NCBI GenBank assembly: GCA_038046805.1
Contig: JBBSVO010000009.1
Location: 1 to 19,600 of the forward strand
Reading direction: 5' to 3'
Length of the DNA: 19,600 nucleotides
Origin: Candidatus Micrarchaeota archaeon
Lineage (GTDB): Archaea > Micrarchaeota > Micrarchaeia > Anstonellales > Bilamarchaeaceae
Positions within the stretch are counted from its first letter, which is position 1. Each line of letters opens with the position of its first letter. A program made the translations under genes and the position numbers. The notes under the pieces are model-generated. The model worked only from the letters and a program-made list of their open reading frames with translations, was not told the origin of the DNA and made no database searches. Shown here piece by piece: positions 13,827 through 19,600 of the stretch.

Positions 13827-15119
13827 ATGCACGGACCAGATTTTGATATTACAATAGAAAATCTCAGCAAGATTGAAGGGCATACTTCACTTGATGTGGA
13901 AGTAAAGGATGGCCGAGTCACCAAAGTTCATCTGGAGATAAACGAAAACAAGCGTTTTTTCACCCAGGCAATCCGCGGAAAGCCGGCAATTTCCGCGCCG
14001 CAAACCCTTTCCCGCATTTGTGGAACCTGTAGTATCGCCCATCATATGTGCTGCATCGAGGCTGTGGAAAACGCCTTTGGAGTAACCCCGTCCGACCAGA
14101 CAATGGAATTGCGTCATCTTCTGATGAACGGACTTATGATCCGTGATCATGCGATGCACCTGTATCTTTTCTGCCTGCCGGATGTTTTTGGAAAAGATTC
14201 GATTCTTGATTTCTCAGATAAAGGGGCAGAACACGAACTGATTCACAAGGCATTTGACATAAAATCTGTTGGCAATGACCTCAGCACAATTGTTGGTGGA
14301 AGGGCAGTCCATGCGCCATTTCCTGTTGTTGGCGGATTCCTGAAAATCCCGGAAAAAGAAGCCATGCGCGCACTTCTTCCAAAACTGCGCGCAGTTCGGG
14401 ATGCTGCAATTGAATTTGTTGATATTTTCTTGAATTGCCGATTTTCCCTTGAAAACGATGGCGCGTTTGTTTCACTTATCAATCGGGATTACAATTTCCT
14501 CGGAGATGAGCTTGCGACTTCGCTTGGCATTTGCATTCCAGAACATAGATTCGCGGATTATCTTGCAAAATCAGTTATTCCGTATTCCCAGGCCCCTGGC
14601 TTCAGGTTTGAAGGGATGCCCTATAGTGTCGGTGCACTTGCAAGAATGAATCTTAATGGAAGCAGCTTAAGGCCGGAAACAAAAAAATCTCTTCCAAAGG
14701 CGATTTCTGTTTTTCCATCTAAAAATACGTTTCATAATAATCTTGCGCAGGCCATAGAAGTTGTTCATTGTATAGATGCCAGTATTGAAACTATCGAATC
14801 GCTTGATATCAAACCAGAAACTTCATTGCAGGTAAAGCCAAAGGCAGGAACAGGTGTCGGAGTAATCGAAGCCCCCCGTGGAACGCTTTATTATCATCTT
14901 GATGTTGCGCAGGATGGAAAGGTAAATCGGGCGAATCTTGTTATTCCAACAGCCCAAAACCAGGTTAAAATGGAAAAGGATATAGGTGTGCTCGTAAATC
15001 AGTGCCTTAAGCGCAAGATGCCACGAGATAAAATATCCTTTGAGATAGAAAAACTCATTCGTGCGTATGATCCGTGCATGAGCTGCGCTACACACTTTTT
15101 GAAAGTAAATTGGAGATGA
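13827..15119 (+). CDS. [NiFe]-hydrogenase large subunit (group 3b alpha-like)
   Basis: KIEGH, L1 SRICGTCSIAH, EAPRGTLYY, IPTAQN, L2 RAYDPCMSCATH followed by a short cleavable tail FLKVNWR. Confidence 0.95.
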   Translation: MHGPDFDITIENLSKIEGHTSLDVEVKDGRVTKVHLEINENKRFFTQAIRGKPAISAPQTLSRICGTCSIAHHMCCIEAVENAFGVTPSDQTMELRHLLMNGLMIRDHAMHLYLFCLPDVFGKDSILDFSDKGAEHELIHKAFDIKSVGNDLSTIVGGRAVHAPFPVVGGFLKIPEKEAMRALLPKLRAVRDAAIEFVDIFLNCRFSLENDGAFVSLINRDYNFLGDELATSLGICIPEHRFADYLAKSVIPYSQAPGFRFEGMPYSVGALARMNLNGSSLRPETKKSLPKAISVFPSKNTFHNNLAQAIEVVHCIDASIETIESLDIKPETSLQVKPKAGTGVGVIEAPRGTLYYHLDVAQDGKVNRANLVIPTAQNQVKMEKDIGVLVNQCLKRKMPRDKISFEIEKLIRAYDPCMSCATHFLKVNWR

Positions 15120-15123
15120 TTCT

Positions 15124-15690
15124 ATGATAACCCGGGAAGATGCATTAAAACTTCTGGAAAAATATAATCAGGATAAATCCGATTTCATTCATTACCTCGA
15201 AAGTGAGGTGATAATGGGCGCGCTTGCAAAAAGATTTGGAGAAGATGAAACCTATTGGAAAATGCTGGGTTTGCTCCATGATGTGGACTGGGGCATAACA
15301 AAAGAAGACTCGAAACAACATCTTACAAAAGCCCCGGAAATTCTAAGAAGTGCTGGTTTTGATGAGAAATTTATCAATACTGTTTTATCTCATGGATATG
15401 GCTGGGATTGCGCGGGTTTGAAAGAAAAATGTCGAACCGAAAAAGTGGAATACGCGCTTGCTTGTGCAGAAACCGTTACTGGGTTGGTTCATGCATACGC
15501 CCTAATGCGCAAAAGCTTGGAAGGCATGGAAGTTTCAGGTTTAAAAAAGAAATTCAAGGATAAAAAATTTGCTGCAGGAATTCATCGGGAAATAATTCTA
15601 GAATGCGAAAAACTGGGGTTGACTTTGGAGGAATTTCTGGATCTCGCAATAAAATCAATTCAGTCGATATCAAAAGAAATCGGATTTTGA
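15124..15690 (+). CDS. HD-domain (HDIG) predicted hydrolase, COG2316-like
   Basis: TREDALKLL..H..E.IM.ALA..FGEDETYW..GLLHDVDW..SH..KKFKDKKFAAG. Confidence 0.85.
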   Translation: MITREDALKLLEKYNQDKSDFIHYLESEVIMGALAKRFGEDETYWKMLGLLHDVDWGITKEDSKQHLTKAPEILRSAGFDEKFINTVLSHGYGWDCAGLKEKCRTEKVEYALACAETVTGLVHAYALMRKSLEGMEVSGLKKKFKDKKFAAGIHREIILECEKLGLTLEEFLDLAIKSIQSISKEIGF

Positions 15691-16068
15691 AGTTAATGCC
15701 TCTTTGACTTCCTTCACAGCCCTTTTCTTCTCATACACACTCGGTATTGCAATTATTCTCACGGTTTTTATCTTTCCAATCTTCTTCAGAAGTTTTAGAG
15801 TAACAGCTAAATCAAAATCATGCATCGAATAGGACGGAGATTTTTCCAGTCTGTCCATGTCTGTTAATTCCGTTACTTTTTTTATTCCGCTTGCAACGTC
15901 GAGTATTGTTATGTCTGGTCCTTCATCTTCAAGATTTTCGGCAGTATCAAACTCCACGAACTCAATACCTTTTCCGCGTAATTCTGCATCGTGTTCAAGT
16001 GCATGCGCAACGCTCAATGCAAGCGAATCTTTTTTCACAAGCGCGTTTCCGAAGACGAGAATCTTCAT
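15670..16068 (-). CDS. Hydrogenase maturation protease-like protein (HyaD/HycI fold)
   Basis: MKILVFGNALVKKDS, ITILDV, YSMHDFDL; located next to the hydrogenase genes. Confidence 0.8.
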   Translation of the reverse strand: MKILVFGNALVKKDSLALSVAHALEHDAELRGKGIEFVEFDTAENLEDEGPDITILDVASGIKKVTELTDMDRLEKSPSYSMHDFDLAVTLKLLKKIGKIKTVRIIAIPSVYEKKRAVKEVKEALTSKSDFF

Positions 16069-16751
16069 AAAATCAGCTGAGCCAGTGCCTGGCCCATAAT
16101 AAACGCCCCAATCGTTACACTGAATACTCCGCAGACCACCTGGGCAATACCAATTTTATTCGCTTTTGCCATCATTGATATAGGAATTGCCATAACTGCG
16201 GTTATTGCAGTCATCCCAATCGTAGTTCCAATACCAAATGCGAGGACGTATCCAAGGCCCTCTGTTAGTCCGCTTGCGCTTGATGCTACTATTATCAGCA
16301 TGGCCGCACTTCCCGCAAACCCATGCATAATTCCAACAAGGAACGACCTTTTTTCATGGTTGTGTTCATGTCCTTTTTCAAAAATATGCTGGTGAATATG
16401 GATATGGCCGATTCCGTCGTGAATATGTTCGTGGCTGTGTACTCCCGCACTCATTGCTTTCTTTATGGTCAGTACACCTAGGACCAAAAGCATAACCCCG
16501 ACAAAAGCCTCTGCATTATTTTGTAATACAGCCGGGAATTCGAATCCTATTACAAGCATTCCGATTACTGCCGCAAGAAGGGTTATTGTGTGTCCAAATC
16601 CCCATATAATTCCGAGCGCTGCTGATTCCAGAATCTTTTTCTTTTCGCTTACAATAGTTGAAACTGCAGCAACGTGGTCAGCATCAAGTGCATGGGTTAT
16701 ACCAAGAACAAGTCCTGCAAATGCAAGCGATGCAATTTCTTCCATATACAT
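16065..16751 (-). CDS. Nickel/cobalt transporter (NiCoT/UreH-like)
   Basis: HALDADHVAAV signature, WGFGH, a His-rich loop, VGIMHGFAGSAA; 4-nt overlap with the protease gene. Confidence 0.88.
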   Translation of the reverse strand: MYMEEIASLAFAGLVLGITHALDADHVAAVSTIVSEKKKILESAALGIIWGFGHTITLLAAVIGMLVIGFEFPAVLQNNAEAFVGVMLLVLGVLTIKKAMSAGVHSHEHIHDGIGHIHIHQHIFEKGHEHNHEKRSFLVGIMHGFAGSAAMLIIVASSASGLTEGLGYVLAFGIGTTIGMTAITAVMAIPISMMAKANKIGIAQVVCGVFSVTIGAFIMGQALAQLIL

Positions 16752-16833
16752 CTACTCGAACCATACTTATAAAAATCCTAATTTCCATCTATTTACTTAC
16801 TTTATGATTAGTGTGTAGAATGAAGTGATACTT

Positions 16834-18276
16834 ATGGAACAACCAAAACTCAAAAAGATTGATAACGCAATTTGGATGATGGAGCAGCACGACACCATGA
16901 AAGTGCCTGCATATATTTTTGCGAATGATAACCTAATAGGAAAGATGCAAACTGATAGAACTCTTCTTCAACTTAAGAATGTCGCGAGTCTGGAAGGAAT
17001 CGTTAAAAGTGCAATGGTAATGCCTGATGGTCACGAAGGATATGGCTTCCCTATAGGCGGAGTTGCCGCGTTTGATGCGGAAACTGGTGTAGTAAGTCCT
17101 GGCGGGATTGGCTACGATATCAATTGCGGCGTTCGTCTACTAAAGACCACACTCACCGAAAGCGATGTGCGGCCAAAAATAAAGGAAATCTGTGACAAAC
17201 TTTTCATAAATGTTCCAAGCGGGGTAGGAAGCGAGGGAAGGATTCGCATTTCTCATGACGAACTGGACGATGCAGTTATTCGCGGAGTTGGCTGGGCGAT
17301 TGAAAAGGGATATGGTACAGAAGAAGACAAGCAGCATACTGAAGAATACGGCTGCATTCCGGATGCAAATCCAAAAATAGTTACTCCAACTGCTAAAAAG
17401 CGCGGTAAATCCCAGTTTGGAACTCTTGGCGCAGGTAATCATTTCCTTGAAATCCAGGTTGTAGATAAAATTCTAAATCCCGTGGCTGCAAAGGCGTTTG
17501 GTTTGCACGAAGGACAAATTACAGTTATGATTCACTGTGGTTCTCGTGGTTATGGTCATCAAATTTGCACGGATAATCTTGGTTCAATGCTTGGCCTTGC
17601 GCAGAAAATGAATCTCTGGCTTCCTGACAAAGAGCTTGTTTATGCACCGCTTAATACTCCGGAAGCGAAAAATTACATGGACGGAATGCGTTGTGCAGTT
17701 AATTTTGCATTTACAAACCGCCATATTATCGCGCACTGGACGCGCGAAACGTTCGGGCAGGTTTTCGGAAAATCAGTTGGAGATAATATGCCGCTCCTTT
17801 ACGATGTTGCGCACAACATTGCGAAATTCGAGGAACATAATGTTGATGGCAAGCGAAGGAAATTGATTGTTCATAGAAAAGGTGCAACGAGGGCATTTCC
17901 AGCAGGAAGAGAAGAGTTGCCGCCAGTTTACCGTTCAATTGGACAACCGGTTCTTATTCCTGGCAGCATGGGGACTTCGAGTTATATTCTTGTTGGAAAC
18001 CAGAAAGGTCTTGATGTTTCCTGGGGAACTACCTGTCATGGTGCAGGAAGAGCGATGAGTCGTGGAGACGCAATACGAAAATACATTGGTGCGAATCTTA
18101 CAAAGGACCTGTGGGATAATAAGAGTATTTACATCAGAGCAACTGAGCCAAAGGTTGTTGCTGAAGAGGCGCCTGATGCTTACAAGAACGTGGACGATGT
18201 AGTGGAAAGCGTTGCCTCTGCCGGGATTAGCGATATTGTCGCAAAATTAAGACCGATTGGGGTTGTGAAGGGTTGA
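16834..18276 (+). CDS. rtcB: RNA-splicing ligase RtcB
   Basis: MPDGHEGYGFPIGGV, GYDINCGVR, GTLGAGNHFLE, HCGSRG, AHN, HRKGATRA, PGSMG, HGAGR; ATG 16834 follows GTGAT. Confidence 0.97.
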   Translation: MEQPKLKKIDNAIWMMEQHDTMKVPAYIFANDNLIGKMQTDRTLLQLKNVASLEGIVKSAMVMPDGHEGYGFPIGGVAAFDAETGVVSPGGIGYDINCGVRLLKTTLTESDVRPKIKEICDKLFINVPSGVGSEGRIRISHDELDDAVIRGVGWAIEKGYGTEEDKQHTEEYGCIPDANPKIVTPTAKKRGKSQFGTLGAGNHFLEIQVVDKILNPVAAKAFGLHEGQITVMIHCGSRGYGHQICTDNLGSMLGLAQKMNLWLPDKELVYAPLNTPEAKNYMDGMRCAVNFAFTNRHIIAHWTRETFGQVFGKSVGDNMPLLYDVAHNIAKFEEHNVDGKRRKLIVHRKGATRAFPAGREELPPVYRSIGQPVLIPGSMGTSSYILVGNQKGLDVSWGTTCHGAGRAMSRGDAIRKYIGANLTKDLWDNKSIYIRATEPKVVAEEAPDAYKNVDDVVESVASAGISDIVAKLRPIGVVKG

Positions 18277-18312
18277 ATGTCAATAATTTAAACTACGAAT
18301 TGGTTGAAGACA

Positions 18313-18768
18313 ATGGGTGCTACTTTTTGTTTTACGCGTCAGTTCGTGCGGAATATTACAAACAAATATGTTCCGTCGCGTCTACTCGTTGCGGGTCCGC
18401 TTGCTTTGGCATTAAGTTTATCTTCTGGTTGCGAACAGGAAAGATATGCATTAGCTGATTATGAGCCGCCCTGTGGGATTGTCACAAGCTGCAATATGGA
18501 AGCAGAAGGTACGATAACGCATTCGGAAGCTGTTTACTTGGGGAATGCCTCGGTTTTCATAGCAAAGATAGCCTCAAAAGCCGGCACACTGCAAGTCGTT
18601 CTTGAAATTGTTGACGGTTGTGGCGAGTCTTTTTTTATTGGGCCATTCAAAGATGGGCAAAAAGGAAACGTTACCTTATCTGGAGAAAAATTCAGTTTGA
18701 GTGTTTCTGAAATCACGGAAGATAGCGCTTACGCTAGTATTTCAGTGAGTTGCGAAAATAGAGATTAA
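18313..18768 (+). CDS. Hypothetical exported/lipoprotein-like protein
   Basis: Hydrophobic stretch LLVAGPLALALSLSSGC ending in a lipobox-like motif, followed by a beta-rich domain; start uncertain. Confidence 0.6.
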   Translation: MGATFCFTRQFVRNITNKYVPSRLLVAGPLALALSLSSGCEQERYALADYEPPCGIVTSCNMEAEGTITHSEAVYLGNASVFIAKIASKAGTLQVVLEIVDGCGESFFIGPFKDGQKGNVTLSGEKFSLSVSEITEDSAYASISVSCENRD

Positions 18769-18782
18769 CTCATGCTTCAAGT

Positions 18783-18817
18783 TTTACTCGAGTAAATAAC
18801 TAATACGCGTCTATTAG
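18783..18817. terminator. Palindrome and hairpin between convergent transcripts
   Basis: TTTACTCGAGTAAA (18783-18796) and CTAATA-N6-TATTAG (18800-18817). Confidence 0.35.
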
Positions 18818-19082
18818 CTCCTTTGATTTTCCGCTTTCCAATTTTTCCAATGTGTGTGACAAATTGAAAATTTTGGAGGTGATCTATCCGCAGGTTCCCC
18901 TACGGATACCTTGTTACGACTTAGCCCCCCTCACGTCCCTTCGGTTCGAGCTAGGCAAGAACCTAGGCCTCACCGAAGAAACATTTGGGTGACTTGACGG
19001 GCGGTGTGTGCAAGGAGCGGGGACGCATTCACCGCGAGATGATGGCTCGCGATTACTAGGGATTCCATCTTCATGAGGGTGA

Positions 19083-19119
19083 TTTGCCCAAATCAGTTTC
19101 CTGTTTGAAACTGGATTGT
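19083..19119 (-). other. 16S BHB-like intron (37 nt), about E. coli 1320/1321
   Basis: Removal restores GAGGGUUGCAAC|UCACCCUC; internal hairpin CAGUUUC/GAAACUG. Confidence 0.8.
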
Positions 19120-19188
19120 GTTGCAACCCTCAATCCGAACCACGGGTAGATTTAGAGGATTAGCTTCTCCTTTCGGAGTTGCAGCCCA

Positions 19189-19229
19189 TTCTACCACGCT
19201 CCAGCATTTATAGTTACGCTGTCGCGCGT
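19189..19229 (-). other. 16S BHB-like intron (41 nt), about E. coli 1251/1252
   Basis: Removal restores GGGUAGAACAA|UGGG; closing helix CGCGC/GCGUG, inner CAGCGU/AUGCUG. Confidence 0.8.
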
Positions 19230-19372
19230 TTGTTCTACCCAATGTATGCCGCGTGTAGCCCAAGGGATTCGGACCATACTGACCTACCGTCGCCCACTTC
19301 TTCCTCTCACTTAACGCGAGCAGTCTCTTTAGAGTGCACCTTTCCCGGAGGAAAAGTTAGCAACTAAAAACA

Positions 19373-19404
<32 letters not shown>

Positions 19405-19406
19405 AA

Positions 19407-19441
19407 TTTATGCCAATTTGTTCTCGTGATAGAACAAAATG
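19407..19441 (-). other. 16S BHB intron (35 nt), about E. coli 1081/1082
   Basis: Removal restores GUGUGAA|UUGUCCUGUUAAG; central helix UGUG/CAUA, bulges AA|C and AA|U, hairpin UUUGUUCU/AGAACAAA. Confidence 0.85.
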
Positions 19442-19569
19442 TTCACACCACGAGCTGACGATGGCCATGCAATACCTCTCGGCTTGTTAGGCAAGATCTT
19501 TAGTCTGACCTTCATTCTGCCGTCGCCCTTGGTGATGTTTCCGGCGTTGTATCCAATTGAACCGTAGCA

Positions 19570-19600
<31 letters not shown>

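Noticed and set aside
15070..15090. Selenocysteine in the hydrogenase L2 motif
   Set aside because: The codons are TGC (Cys); there is no in-frame TGA.
18914..19367. ORFs within the 16S gene as homing endonucleases
   Set aside because: They run through conserved rRNA sequence and have no LAGLIDADG motif; the introns are only 35-41 nt.

Overview
Archaeal genomic window, most likely DPANN and probably Micrarchaeota-like. This is inferred from the archaeal 16S signature, GGTGA-type SD and TATA promoters, NMD3, DUF2070, type-2 IDI, an unlinked 16S gene and intron-rich tRNAs. In order it contains: AAA+/DUF4143 ATPase, cold-shock protein, DUF2070, NMD3, a DUF4046-like protein, two membrane proteins, fni, a highly divergent long RelA/SpoT homolog, an Lrp/AsnC regulator divergent from a bacterial-type glnA with a long structured leader, and two divergent intron-containing tRNAs absent from the ORF track (Lys-UUU with a 130-nt T-loop intron; Cys-GCA with two introns). 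These are followed by a minimal group-3b-like [NiFe]-hydrogenase cluster, rtcB, a putative lipoprotein, and the 3' part of a 16S rRNA gene with three short BHB-like introns. The most notable observations are the archaeal RSH (dead hydrolase, ~90-aa insertion in the synthetase core), six relaxed-BHB introns near rtcB, and two riboswitch-like structured leaders with a similar architecture. All calls come from reading motifs by eye; no searches or folding programs were run.
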